Shown here: in pieces, positions 13,185 to 25,339 of the stretch
How the letters are laid out: each line of letters starts with the position of its first letter
How positions within the stretch are numbered: position 1 is the first letter of the stretch
Source of the DNA: Octopus sinensis
Lineage: Eukaryota
DNA: 53,012 nucleotides
NCBI RefSeq assembly: GCF_006345805.1
Contig: NW_021833846.1
Span: forward strand, 1 to 53,012
Direction: 5' to 3'
The notes under the pieces: generated by a model
What the model was told of the DNA's origin: nothing
The model's database searches: none
The model's input: the letters and a program-made list of their open reading frames with translations, nothing else
Position numbers and translations under genes: made by a program

Positions 13185-14412
13185 CAGGGGTTGGACAAAA
13201 TAATGGAAATACCTAGCATTATAATTTTGAAATATCTATAAAACTGTCAAAAGTTTTTATTTATTATTAGTGTTGCTTAATATTTTTTGCTAAAATTGCA
13301 TTTTCTTTTCAGATATCATCAGGAAAAGGTAAATAAAATTCATTAAAATGAACGATCTATCAGACTTTCAATGAGATCAAATTGTTGGTGCTCGTATGGC
13401 AGGTGCTAGCATAATGAAAACAGCCGAAATGTTTGGTGTACTGAGAAGTACTGTCTCAAAAGTGATGATAGCCTTTGAGAAAGAGTGAAAAACCTCCTCG
13501 TCGAAACAAAACTCCGGAAGAAAACCAAAACTTTCAGATAGGGACCGTCAGACTCTTACGTAAATTATTAGAAAGGATCACAAAAGTACAGCTCCCAAAA
13601 TTACTGCAGAGCTTAATGACCACCTCGAGAACTCAGTTTCCACAAAATCTGTTCGCTGGGAGCTGCATAAAGCCGGATTTCATGGGAGAGCTGCAATCAG
13701 AAAACCACTACTTCCAAAAACAACCATTGCAAAGCATTTAGAGTGGAGTAAAAACTTACAGAATTGGTCCCTAGAGCAGTGGAAGAATGTCATCCTTTAC
13801 CTTATTTCTGACCACCGGTGGAGTATATGTGTGTAGACAGCCAAAAGAAGCATTTGACCTAGACCGCCTTTTTCCAACTGTTAAACATGGAGGAGGATAT
13901 GTGATGATCTGGGGGCTATATCTTGGAAATTCGCCTGCCCAATGATTTCCCTTCATGGTAGAATTAATAGTGAAGACTATTTAAGCATTTTATCTGATCA
14001 AATTCATCCTATGATTGTGGAACTGTTTCTGGAGGGAAACACAATCTTTCAGGAGGATAATGCACCAATTCACACAGGTAGAGTTGTTACTGAATGGCAT
14101 GAGGAACATTCTAGTGAAGTTGAACATCTTATCTGGCCACCACAGTCCCCAGATCTCAATATTATTGAACATTTATAGTGCATTTTAGAAAAAAAAGTAA
14201 GAAGTCAATATCATCCACCATCATCACTACAAGAGCTGGAGATTGTTTTAGCTGAAGAATTGACAAAAATTCCTTTGGAAACAATTCAAACTTTGTATGA
14301 GTTCATACCTCATAGAATTGAAGTTGTAATTACTGCCAAAGGCAGTCCTACCCCATATTAAAATAAATTTGTTTGAAATTTTAAGGTGTTTCCATTTTTT
14401 GTCAAATCCCTG
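13185..14412 (+). mobile_element. Tc1-like transposon, DD36E type, 1228 bp, inactivated
   Basis: TIRs caggggttggacaaaataatggaaatacct / aggtgtttccattttttgtcaaatccctg, TA on both sides. Transposase relic 13348-14361 (MNDLSDFQ*DQIVGARMAGAS..., TVKHGGG, QEDNAPIH...WPPQSPDLNIIE with 36 residues between D and E). Confidence 0.93.
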
Positions 14413-14539
14413 TATATATATATATATATATATAATCAAAAGGGTAATAATATAGATTACTACCAGTTGCCCAGCACAAAGGACGAATTAGTCATTTGAC
14501 AAAATATTATTCATATAGAAAAATATTATTCATGTAGAA

Positions 14540-14735
14540 ATATAATTAAGGGCTCCTAAATAAGGATGCCAAGTGCTAGGGACACAAAAAAGGGATAAAT
14601 TGATCGAGAGTGAAAATCAAAAACATTTACCAATAACGTTATTGGTAAATGTTTTTGATTTTCACTCTCGATAAATTTATCCCTTTTTTGTGTCCCTAGC
14701 ACTTGGCATCCTTATTTAGGAGCCCTTAATTATAT
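14540..14735. repeat. 196-bp palindrome (98-bp arms, no spacer, 1 mismatch); probable Penelope-like remnant
   Basis: Centre aataac|gttatt at 14637/14638; only mismatch is 14602 vs 14673. Sits in a ~300-bp insert flanked by (TA)n. Confidence 0.85.
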
Positions 14736-14779
14736 ATATATATATATATCATTCAGTAAAAAATTATACACACTCTTGT

Positions 14780-15900
14780 TTCTCCAATTTATTAAAACAA
14801 ACTCCTTGCTTTTCAATGTATTTCTTTCAGTGGTCAAAAAATTTTACTTATTCTTTTGGAAAAGCTTTGCAGCTGGTTGTGTAACCATTTATGCACTTCT
14901 TCATCCATCCATAGCAAACCATTGATTTTGTAAAGGATCTCTGAGTGATGCAAAGAGGTGATAGTCAGAAGGGGAAAGATCTAGACTATGCAAGGTATTC
15001 TAGTGACTCAGAACCTAACTTTTCATTGCTTTCAAAGATGTGGATGGCCATATGTGGGCCTGCATTGTTGTGCAACAATACCTTTTGATTTGACAATAGA
15101 TCTCATTGTTTGGTGAAAATTGCTGGTTTTACTTTGTTGGCCAGCATTTCACTGGTGAATGTAAACCCCTTTTCCAGATAATATTCCAGTATAGACCCTT
15201 TAGCATCTCCAAAAATGTTAAGATCCCCTTTCTGTGGAAGGTTGAGTCTTGAATTTTTGCTGGTGATTCTGGGTGTTTCCTCTGCATACACTGCCTTTTG
15301 GATTCTGACTCAAAGTGATGGACACAGTTCCCATCTCCTGTGACTATTCTCTCTAAAAATGCTTTGCCTTTGTCATTGTAGCAGTCAAGTAAAACATTCA
15401 CAGATCTCCACACAATTGCACTTACACACTTTGTTAAGCTCTCTTGGCACCCATCTCACATAGAGTTCATGGAAATGAAGATTGTCATGGATAGTTTCCT
15501 ATGCAGAGAACATGCTACCTCATCAATAGTCTCTCATTGGTTCACCAGAACCATCTCTCAGTGATGTAGCTTGATGGACATCCTGCTCCCTCTTGCTGCT
15601 TTACACTTGTCTGGCTATTTTAAAACTTTTTAGTCTGCTCTTATACACTTCTACACTGTAGAGCATTGTACTGAAAGTGTGTGATGAATTTCAGCCCTTG
15701 ACACACCTTCAGACTAGCAGAAACAAATCACTGATCTCTATTATTCTTTGGTGCACACTGCCAGTGGAGCAGCCATGTTTACTCAGTAACACAAGAAAGA
15801 AAACTGGAGTGATCAGAGTCAAACCTTGGTTATGTAACCACAAGAGTACCACCTTTTAACATGTAAACAATCAAGGTAGAGCAGCTAACCTAAAGGAAGT
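14780..15900 (-). mobile_element. Degenerate mariner transposon
   Basis: Minus strand ATG at 15776 (MAAPLAVCTKE**RSVI) and FLERIVTGDGNCVHHFESESKRQCMQ; many stops and frameshifts; ends approximate. Confidence 0.8.
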
Positions 15901-15907
15901 TTATACA

Positions 15908-17137
15908 TCATCATCATCATCATCATTTAAGGTCTGTTTTTCATTCTACCATAGGTTAGATGGTTTGACTGGATATGGTAAGCAGGATAGCTGTACCAGG
16001 TTCCTGTCTGATTTGACTTGGTTTCTATGGCCCTTCCTAATGCCAACCACTCCAGGAGTGTGGTGGATGCCTTTTCCGTATCATTGGTACTGGCCACAAT
16101 TATGATTTCACTTGGCTTGATTGGTCTTCTCAAGCACAGCAAATCACCAAAGGTCTCGATCATTTATCATCACCTCTGTGAGAGCCAACGTCTAAAGATC
16201 ATGCTTCACCATCTCAATCCATGTCTTCCTGGATTCCCTCCACAGTTCGAGATTGGCACTTTGTTATGCAGCTGCCCTTACCCATACACATCACATGACC
16301 ATACCAAGGCAGTCTTCTCTCTTACACACCACATCTGATACCTCTTATGCCCAATTTTTCTCTCAGGACGCTTACATTCTGTTGTACATGCACACTGGCA
16401 TTGCACATCCAGCAAAGCATACAAGTTACATTTCTTTCAAGCCATCACATGTCCTCTGTAGTCACATCCCATGTTTCACTGCTGGGTAGCATGGCTATAT
16501 GCACACAGGCATCATAACATCTACCTTTCATTCTGAGGGGAGGCCTGTGTTATCAAAAAAAAGATAGAGGCTCTCTGAATTTTGCCCAGCATATTTTTAT
16601 TCTAGCAGCTATGCTGTTGGAGCATCTGCCTTGGTCACCCAGATAATGGAAGCTATCAATTACTTCTAAGTATTCCCCTTGGTATTTGATGGACTTTAAT
16701 TTCTGTATGTTTCTGGTGTTTATTGTGCATATACATCTGCCATATACAAAGACTATTTTCTGTGTGAACCTTCCTCAGTTATAACTCTACCTCTTATTTG
16801 TCCATAGCTCCCACCAGGTACAGCTTATGGAGTTTCTACCTAAGCCTTTTCTACATAAGAGCAGGGCCATCTTCAAGTGTTTTCTCTAATTCTGGTAGTA
16901 ATTCAGCTATAAGAACATGATCATCAGCATAGAGGAGCTCCCAAGGGCAGCCCATCTTAAATTCCTGTTATTGCCTGAAGGACTATGATGAACTACTTCT
17001 ACACTAAATTCATTGCTATACTTGTTGCCAACCCTCATCTTACTGACAGCTTCCCTGCATATGGCTTGTACAGCTCTCACCAACCACTCATCTATCCATA
17101 GTTTCTGCATTGACCACCAAATAAGGGAGCAGGGGAT
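15908..17137 (-). mobile_element. RTE LINE, 5'-truncated and degraded
   Basis: PCSLIWWSMQKLWIDEWLVRAVQA...NEFSVEV (RT region) through to the (GAT)n tail at 15908-15927. Confidence 0.8.
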
Positions 17138-17895
17138 CTCCTGCCGCAATGTGGGTTCATCTGGTATCTCAGATAGAAACCTGTCCAGACATTCCTTGAA
17201 AACTTCCACATCAACACCATGTAGATCTCTAAGGTTGTCTGGAAGGATGTTAAACAATTGCAGGTCCTTGAAACTCAGACTATTGCAGTACTGTGTCCTT
17301 ATTTTAGATGGGGAAGATGAGATATAGCCGTCAATTCCAAAATTGGGAGCAATACCCTCCAAGATCTTCCAAATATATATTACTGCATATCTTTCTCATC
17401 TTCTCTGCATGGAATAGGCGACTCAGCTCCTTTAGCCTCTCCCAGTAGCTCATCTTTTGCATCAAGTCAATCTTCTTTGTGTATTGGCGCTGGATTGCTT
17501 CAAGTTCCACAGTTTGTTTCACACTCTCTGGGGACAATAGTTGGGAGCAGTAGTCCAAGTGGCTGAGAATGAAAGTCCTTCATAGGAGTAGCAGGGCTTC
17601 CCTTTTCCTGGTTCTGAATATCCTCAGAATCCATTCAGCCACTCACCTGCACAGTGTTACCATCTTGGTAATATGCACATGGAATGTTTCATCATTGCTC
17701 ATGTGAACCTCCAGGTCACACACCGACTGTGACTCTGGGATCATATTACCTCCTGATCCAATTTATTTTGATTTTAGCCTGGTGTTGGACCAATAGTGGA
17801 GTGCCTGAAATTTCATAGCATTGAACAGCATGTTATTTTTGTTAACCCATTTGTATATTTCATTTAGATCTTTCTGCAGTTTTATGATGTCTGGA
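17138..17895 (-). mobile_element. CR1-group LINE ORF2 C-terminal fragment
   Basis: LDYCSQLLSP, SYWERLKEL, FKECLDRFLSEIPDEPT; homologous to 40850-41650. Confidence 0.85.
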
Positions 17896-18100
17896 TATAA
17901 ATCTCTATTCTCTTTTATTATGAATTCATTACATATATACTTTACACATGTCTCGCCAGACCCTAATGACCAGTGGCCAAATTATTGTAAGAGATCCTTA
18001 AATGTTTACTGAGATAGGATTGATTTTTACATGGGATGCATATATTTTCTTGTCATTTGTTATAATATCTAATGAAATATATATATTTTGCTTTTTACAG

Positions 18101-18189
18101 ATTCATATTTTATCTGAAGCTAATGAGGTCAAAATTGTATTTACAAAGGCAATTGACGAAGTTAGGAGTCAAAACCCAGAATTTATAAA
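18101..18189 (+). CDS. Cadherin exon C (start of membrane-adjacent MAD/SEA-like domain)
   Basis: Acceptor ctttttacag|att, donor aa|gtaagg (phase 2). IHILSEANEVKIVFTKAIDEVRSQNPEFIK resembles the post-EC segment of CDH23 as I recall it (IYILRDDQRVKIV...EFI). Confidence 0.88.
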
Positions 18190-18339
18190 GTAAGGACACT
18201 GATATTTTTTCTTACATCTATAAGTACAAAACTACATTGTATATAGTATTGTTTGAATGTGTGTGTGTGTCTGTGTAAGTGCACATATATATTTTTATGT
18301 ATATATGTATATAAACACTATATATAAACTTAGATATGT

Positions 18340-18820
18340 TTCAACCAAAAATTGGTCCAGGCCATGTCTAACTTAATAGCACCACCTGATAGGATTATTT
18401 GAATCCTGTTTAAGTCAAGTTTTGTTTATGGTCCATTCAAGTAATGAGTTTTTGTTGGGTGAGTTGTATCCAATTATGGGTGGCTTATCTGGTATTCTTT
18501 GAAGGAATCTATCCAGACTTCGTTTAAAGTTGATGGGATCCTTTTCCTCTTTGATCTCTTTCGGGACAATGTTAAATAGGGCAGGGCTTGTTGAGGAAAA
18601 AGAAATTATGTTGCAGTGTACATGTATGCTGTGATCTTGAATTGGGCAGGGGATGTATGGCCCGTGGTCCCAGTCTTGGATGAACCTTGAAGCTAATGTT
18701 CAGGTCATTTGGGCAAAATTGGCGGTATATTCTCCACATCGTACAAATGATGTACCGCTCACGGCGACGCTGGAGAGAGTAGGGTTTCAAGGCTTTAAGG
18801 CGATCCCAATAATCGATCCT
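18340..18820 (-). mobile_element. CR1-group LINE 3' fragment (different subfamily)
   Basis: YWDRLKALKPYSLQRRRERYIICTMWRIY and a downstream LDRFLQRIPDKP reading. Confidence 0.8.
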
Positions 18821-19505
18821 ATACATATATATATGTATGTATGTATATATAGGAAAAGCAGAAGTTGAATAGTTAAAATATTTTTTATTAAAATATTTGA
18901 AGCTTTAACCAGTTGGACTATATATGATTCCTGCCACTTTCCCTCCAGACAGATTAAATTAGGTCTGTCTAGATTATAACTAAACATGTTCACTCAACCA
19001 TGTTGGCCCTCTTTTTAGATGCAAAATATACTGTCACATGATATGAACATAGTGGGAAACTTACAAGAGGTTATAAACTTAATGATGTGACAGAAAACAT
19101 TCAGAGCATTGTTTGTTTGGACTTGTTCAGTCAACTGTGTCAATCTTAACTTACAATGCCAAGCATTGTCACTTGAGACTAACATACAAATGAAGCAGGG
19201 AACCTACAAAAGTTTCTAGGACCAGTCCTACAATCAAATCCTATTCAATACATATACTAATTTGAGCCTTAAACTCCATATAAAAATAAGGCAAACTTCA
19301 AACACTAGTCAGAAGCAAGCAACGTGTTTCTATTTGAACTTTTTGAAAATCAGTGTAAACTGTGAAACCGGTTAAAGGTTTAAATATTGTAATAAAAAAT
19401 ATTTTAACTATTCTCAGTGCATTTTCAACTTCTATTTTTCCTATATTTCCACCCATGTGGAATAAAATATATTTGCTTTCTAGCACACTTTAAGATGTAG
19501 AGCAG

Positions 19506-19730
19506 TATATATTAAAAATGGGGAAGGCCAGTTTATGGAATTACCTTAGGTTTTTTGTGGTGTATCATCAGATCACAAAAACCTGTTGGCCTATGACCTC
19601 TTCAAAATATTTTAAAGAGGTCATGGGGCAACTGGTTTTGGGGATCTGATGATATGCCATAAAGCTACACTCTTCATGGATGGGAAACCTAAGGCAATCC
19701 CATAAACTGGCCTTCCCCATTTAAATATAT
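19506..19730. repeat. Imperfect fold-back (~100-bp arms) with a hammerhead remnant in each arm
   Basis: aaatggggaaggccagtttatgg.../...ccataaactggccttccccattt, centre aaaat|atttt near 19608. Confidence 0.85.
19641..19701 (+). ncRNA. Type I hammerhead motif (U16.1 changed to C in this arm)
   Basis: gggat-CTGATGA-(31 nt)-GAAA-cctaagg-CA-atccc with 5-bp stem I. The opposite arm reads AAA-cctaagg-TA, restoring the consensus. Confidence 0.6.
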
Positions 19731-20362
19731 ATATATGTATAGGTCTGGTGATGCAGACAGGGAAAATAGAACTCAAAATATGAATGTGTGTATATATTTT
19801 TTATTGATATTCAGCAGAAGCTATAGAGTGACTCAAGGCTCAAGAGTTTCATGTGCTGGCACTTATCAAACTGTGTGTTTGTGTGTGTGTGTGTGCGCGC
19901 ACGTGTACACACAGTGGATAAATATTTTTTATTCATGGGGTAACCAGACTATCATTGGTTTCATGTTCAGAGAGATATCTCTCATTAATTATTTGAGTCT
20001 GTATCCTGAGACATTAGGATTTGTCTCCATCTTAGATAAAACAATAGAACACAATAGAGTCACGTGACATTTAATAGAGTGATGTGAGATTTGTTTTTAC
20101 CTATATGTGTGTGCCTGATTGCAGAATTTTATATGTTTTTCACATATTATTATGAATGCATAGGATTGTATATTTATGAGTTTGTGTATATATTTATGCA
20201 AAAGTCTCTGCATATATTCATGTTTGTGTGCATATTCATTCTGTGAATTTTTCAGCGGATCATTTGGTAACATGCACATATGTACACATACACATGTATG
20301 TATATGTGTACACATACAGACATGCATGTACACAGACATTGATATATGTCTATATTTATTTA

Positions 20363-20394
<32 letters not shown>

Positions 20395-20464
20395 AGTGTA
20401 TGTGTCTGTCTATATGTGTATTTACATGGATCACAAAAAATACAAAATAGAATAGGTAATTTCT

Positions 20465-20618
20465 TAGCATGACAGCTGTTTCAAGGAGCTCAGTGTTATG
20501 AAATAATCATAATAATCATAATTTTCTGGTGAAATGTGCAAAACGTCATGGGTATGTAACCAGTTACCAGTCACATGAAGGTATTGCAATAAGTCTGGCT
20601 CCTCTCATCAAAAGAAGA
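20465..20618 (-). ncRNA. Decayed type I hammerhead motif with long stem II
   Basis: Minus strand: TTGATGA-gaggagc-(~108 nt)-gctcctt-GAAA-cagctg-TC. 7-bp stem II and GUC site, but C3 is mutated and stem I is weak. Confidence 0.55.
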
Positions 20619-21189
20619 TTGGCAAACGTGATGTATGGGACAGAGGAAGAACTTCTACAATATAAGAAGAAAAGAACAGGGATAGAAGTGAAGAAACAGA
20701 GAGAAAGAGAGTGAGGGAGGGGGCAAGAAGATGAAGTTAAAGCCATCCTCTTCAAAACGAACGTCATGGGTGGTCAAATTTATGTGAAGCAGATAATAGA
20801 TTAGTTGGGAATGCCACCTGGTCTGTCAAAGCAGCAGGAGATGTACATTGAGATAAAGGAGTGGTGGGGGAGGTTGTGGAGAAGGAAGTATGTTGAAAGA
20901 GAATATGCTAGTAGGAGAAAGTAAACTGATGTTGTAGTACTTAAATAATGAGTGAAAAAATTTAGTCACAGTTATGAGCAATTATAAAAACTTTACATAA
21001 TGAGCAAAAGGGGAATAAAATTTGTGTTTACATGAGAAGATTATGTGAGAGAACCTATTGAGTAATAATCACAATTCTACTTTGGTTAGGAAGCAGAATT
21101 CTTACAACACAGCCACATATGTACCTAGTCAGAGGACTGCGCCAAGCTCTGTTGTCTGCTTTGGCATAGTTTCTACAGCTGGGCACCAG

Positions 21190-21229
21190 CCACTGAAGAA
21201 GTGCAGAATTCTGAAATTATGTGATCTGG
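21190..21229 (+). ncRNA. Compact type I hammerhead ribozyme candidate, core intact
   Basis: cca-CTGAAGA-agtgcagaattct-GAAA-ttatgtga-TC-tgg. Stem I cca/tgg, near-palindromic stem III, AUC triplet, short stem II. Confidence 0.55.
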
Positions 21230-21415
21230 AAGTTCTTGTCTGCTATGTTATATGTGACTGCTTTTAGCATCGTATAACTATATGAGAAGACCTCTCAAAT
21301 ACCACAATAGTCAGTGCTTTAACAATATATCCATGTTTTGTAGGGTATAAAGATTGCTTTTGCTATTAATACTACTTCTTCCATCTCTAATATTTGTATG
21401 TGTATATGTTTCTAG

Positions 21416-21508
21416 ATTTCTTCAATCAGTTGTGGGAGAGGAATATGAAATTGTTCCTGGCAAACTTGATGTCCCCCAAAATGGTCAAGGTGAACCTGAT
21501 CCTCTAAG
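21416..21508 (+). CDS. Cadherin exon D (MAD domain)
   Basis: Acceptor gtttctag|a (phase 2), donor ag|gtattt (phase 2). FLQSVVGEEYEIVPGKLDVPQNGQGEPDPLR. Confidence 0.85.
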
Positions 21509-22913
21509 GTATTTTCTTATTTTATATAATGGCTTTACTGCTGTGTGTGTGCGTGTGCGTTCCTTCAGCAATTTTAGTCTTCATATAAAATTAAAGATGG
21601 AATTAAAATACATAATGAAGCAGAAACCATTGTAATTAACCCCATAACATCAGCTGGCATAAATTTACATGCACTGTGTACTTGCTTTGAATCAGATGAT
21701 GAAAATATGTGCAACCCTATCTGCTGCAGATTTATACCTGCTTGTGTTCTGGTTGATATAAATAGCCATTATCACTCTCAGAATTGATAATTGAGGCCAC
21801 TGTGAAAATTTCGAGGAATCTGATAGGTTTGTTAGACTCTTCATGTAAATATTTCCAAATTAGTTCAAAACTTCATCCCCATAATAGTATAAAAGCAGCA
21901 GTTTTGGTGGTTACACCATCATTTCCATTATGACTTCCTATCAACTGTATACACTTTCAGCAAATTCTTCTGATCCTTCACGGAATTTACAGTTGCATCC
22001 AGCTATGCCAGTTTTGTCGAATTTATTGCCCTTGCAATGAGGACAATTTACATAAATAAACACTGCATGGTTTAAAGCGGTTGATGTAAATATATGCTGA
22101 ACCATTGTCATGTGCTAATTGCTGATCTCAGATGAGAAGATTACCATCAGTGCATTATAGTTGCCTGATAAAAAAACTTGTCATTGGGTCGACATTATAA
22201 CCAAGAATAGTGCAAAAACATACATAACAGAGTTTCAGATTAAATGCTTTACTATATATTATTATATATTATTACATTAGTATCCACATACATATTTATA
22301 CATGTATGTATATGTAAGTACATATTTATGCATGCATACATGCTTGCATGTATGTAGATATATTCAAGTATATATGTGCATGCATATGTGTGTGTGTGTA
22401 GAGTGTTAGGTGTGATGTACATATCTGGCAAGAAGAACTATGAAAAATCCCATTGAGTAAGCACCTAGAAATATGTGGAGACGGAAAGTTCAAAATCTTT
22501 CCCTTTTACAAATGTACACAGGTCTTGCATTGTCTGCAATACCAAAAGGCAGTGGAACTACACTTCATAAAAAGATTCTCTTTGAAATTAAATGTTTGAA
22601 AGAGAAAAAAAAGAAGCAAAGAGTACATTTCTATGTATGTACATATGTATGGGTATGAGATATATATAGTTTTTTTTATTTTACTAATGTATTTTCATAC
22701 AGAACTACACCTTACCAAAAATATATAAATAAATGTATGACAGGAATATATTCTAAATATAACTCAATGAGTATGAAACAGAAAGGACAGGAAAACATTT
22801 TTTATTATTTTTTATTTCTTATTCCCTATTTTTTCTTTTTCTTTCCTTTCTTTTCTTACCATCCCTAAAAACCATTTCAAAGCAATGGTATAAGTAGTAA
22901 ACAAGTTTTTACT

Positions 22914-22948
<35 letters not shown>

Positions 22949-23079
22949 TTTTTTTGACAATCCTTAAAAAACCCATTTCAATACAATGAAAAGTGGTGGG
23001 TAGGAAAATGAATAGCCCTGCTCTCTCTCTTTTACCCTACTCATCTTTCTATCCCTCTGACTATCTATCTGTCTGTCTG

Positions 23080-23112
<33 letters not shown>

Positions 23113-23559
23113 GTCTTCAAAGCCCCACCCACAAAAAACGAAACAAAAACAATGTTCTTTTATAAACAAAATGTGGGGATGGGTGTGTGGGTGGTGTGTT
23201 GTAATGTGATGTGTAATGTATGGTGTAGTGTGGTGTGGTGTGATGTTGGGTGGTGGGAGAATCGAGAGTGGAGAAAGCACGGGTGGGGTGTGGGTTCAGC
23301 TGAGGGTTGGGGTAGAGTTGGGGCTTGTGGGTAGGCAGAGGGTTGGGGTATGTGGGAGAGGGTGTGTGGAATAGGATGGGGGGATGGGAAGGATAGGGAA
23401 GGTGGAGTAGGAATATGTAGGGATATGTTTGAATGGTATGAGGTCTTGCATTGTCTTGCTGTAGTAGAGCTCACTTTCTGTTATCCAGTGCTGGGTGTCT
23501 TTGCTGCATAATTGCATAAGCCTCTCCTGCTGTTTAGAGTACAGATTAGCACCAATATT

Positions 23560-24318
23560 TCAACCATCTGGGATGAACTTATAGTGAATTATCTCCTCAT
23601 AATTCCATGCAGAACATCACCTTGTGTTTAGAATGCTCATGTTTTGTGACAGGTTCCAGAAGCTGGCTCTTGCTTAATCAATACTTATGCATGGATTGTG
23701 GAAAATATTCACATTCTATTGCATGTTACTATCCTCTTAAGGAACTGCAGATTATGCAGATTTTCCAGGAGTTCCTTGCAAAACATTCACTTGCTCTGTA
23801 CATGAGCTGGGCTCATTCTATGAGGCTGAATTGAGCAGCTCCAGTTGTTTTTGCTGAGGTTGCAAAGGTGACTAGCCACACTGGACTATAAGAGGCTGAA
23901 CTTGCCTGTACTCTCCAAGTGCTACTTACTGGATTTACTTTTATAGCTTGGAGCATGGCCTCAGAATCTATGGTTTTAGGCCTGCCTGACCTTATCTGAT
24001 TGTCATGGTTCTTGCAATCTGAGTGAAAATTCTTGAATCATCTGGTTACTGTACTGTGATCAACTGCACCTTCACATTTTGTGCAACAAATGTTTTTGGC
24101 CCAGTTTGAACACAAAGCATATATTCCTGAATTAGACTTCATTGCACATTCAAATCACATGTGGAGGGAAGCAATGTACAACACATCAGTGCACTACCAT
24201 GATGCTACCAACCTCAGCATTACCTTCCAAAGCTTGAACTATTTCAGGTATACAATAGAAACACCTAGCAAACTAACCGGTATGTAAATATTGCAAAACT
24301 TTTAACTTGCCTTTGTAC
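23560..24318 (-). mobile_element. Degraded Tc1-like element
   Basis: Minus strand aggtcaggcaggcctaaa = RSGRPK at ~23975-23992; TIR-like end attgcaaaacttttaacttgcctttg-ta; left boundary approximate. Confidence 0.45.
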
Positions 24319-24754
24319 AGACATACATGCATACACACAACCACACCTGTCTGTGTGGTAAAGAAACTTGCTTCTCAGTCATATAGTCATGGTTTTGTGT
24401 GTGTGTGTGTGTGTAATTTAATAGAAGTTTTGATTTGTGTGGCCTTTTGACTCTTCTGTATTGTAGAACTTAGAAACTTGTCCCTTCATCTATAATTGGA
24501 GATGTCTCTAAATACTAGAAAAAAGATTGGGGAAGAAAGAAAAGACAAAAAGTAAAACAAAAGGAGGAATCATAATAGTTTGAAGGGAGAGAGAAAGGTA
24601 GTTAGCTTACGGTGTTGTGATCAATTTTAAGGGGGTATGTGACTTAGTTTGACGAGGTGATATCTACCTGATTGATTGGGTTTCTGTATGTGTGTAATGT
24701 TGTTATTTTGAATTTTATGAATATATTTTTCTTCTTTTTATTTTATCATTGTAG

Positions 24755-24823
24755 GACAAGTCTGGTTTTATTTGCAGTTAAAAATGCAACTAAAAAGGTA
24801 GTTCCTCCTAAAGAGCTTCTAAA
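24755..24823 (+). CDS. Cadherin exon E (MAD domain)
   Basis: Long pyrimidine tract then ttgtag|g (phase 2), donor aa|gtgagt (phase 2). TSLVLFAVKNATKKVVPPKELLK; too short for the ORF track. Confidence 0.85.
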
Positions 24824-25339
24824 GTGAGTCACAGTTTTAGTTTTCTATTTATGTATTAAAATTAATAAACATATTATTCAAAATATAGCGATAGAACTTT
24901 TGTATCAGGCATAACTTTGTATTCTTAGTTTACACACAAGTCTCTGTTCAAACTAAAGCCTACTTTCCAACCATTGTTCTATATATCTGAGAAAATGTCC
25001 AGCATACAAATAGGTAAAATATTGAACATTTGCTCTTTTAGATTTTTAAATTTGTATGTAATATCAAGTTATATTTGTTTCCTTTTAGCTGTAGCTATGG
25101 GTTGTATAACCCGTTAAATGCTTGGAGCCCTACTGAAGACTGTCTCATCTTGTATATGTAAAATGTGCCATGATAGAACTCATCACTCTCCAAGCTATAA
25201 TTATAATGGTTTGAACCCTGCTTTTGATGTTAACAGATATAATCTGTCTCTTTGCTTTATACCTATTCACAGGTAGATGGAATGAAATGGCCAGAGTTTG
25301 GCTATGTAGACTGTGAAATGGTGATGAAGCAATTCCTAC

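Noticed and set aside
19944-19992. Minus-strand TTAATGA...GAAA...TA hammerhead-like string
   Set aside because: Two core mismatches and no adjacent stem I.
21650-22100. Coding-like island on the minus strand (CPHC, WKYLHEESNKPIRFLEIF)
   Set aside because: All frames are interrupted and I recognise no family; a tblastx search would be needed.
22993-23517. Overlapping ORFs in a GT/G-rich region
   Set aside because: Low-complexity sequence with no recognisable domain or splice support.
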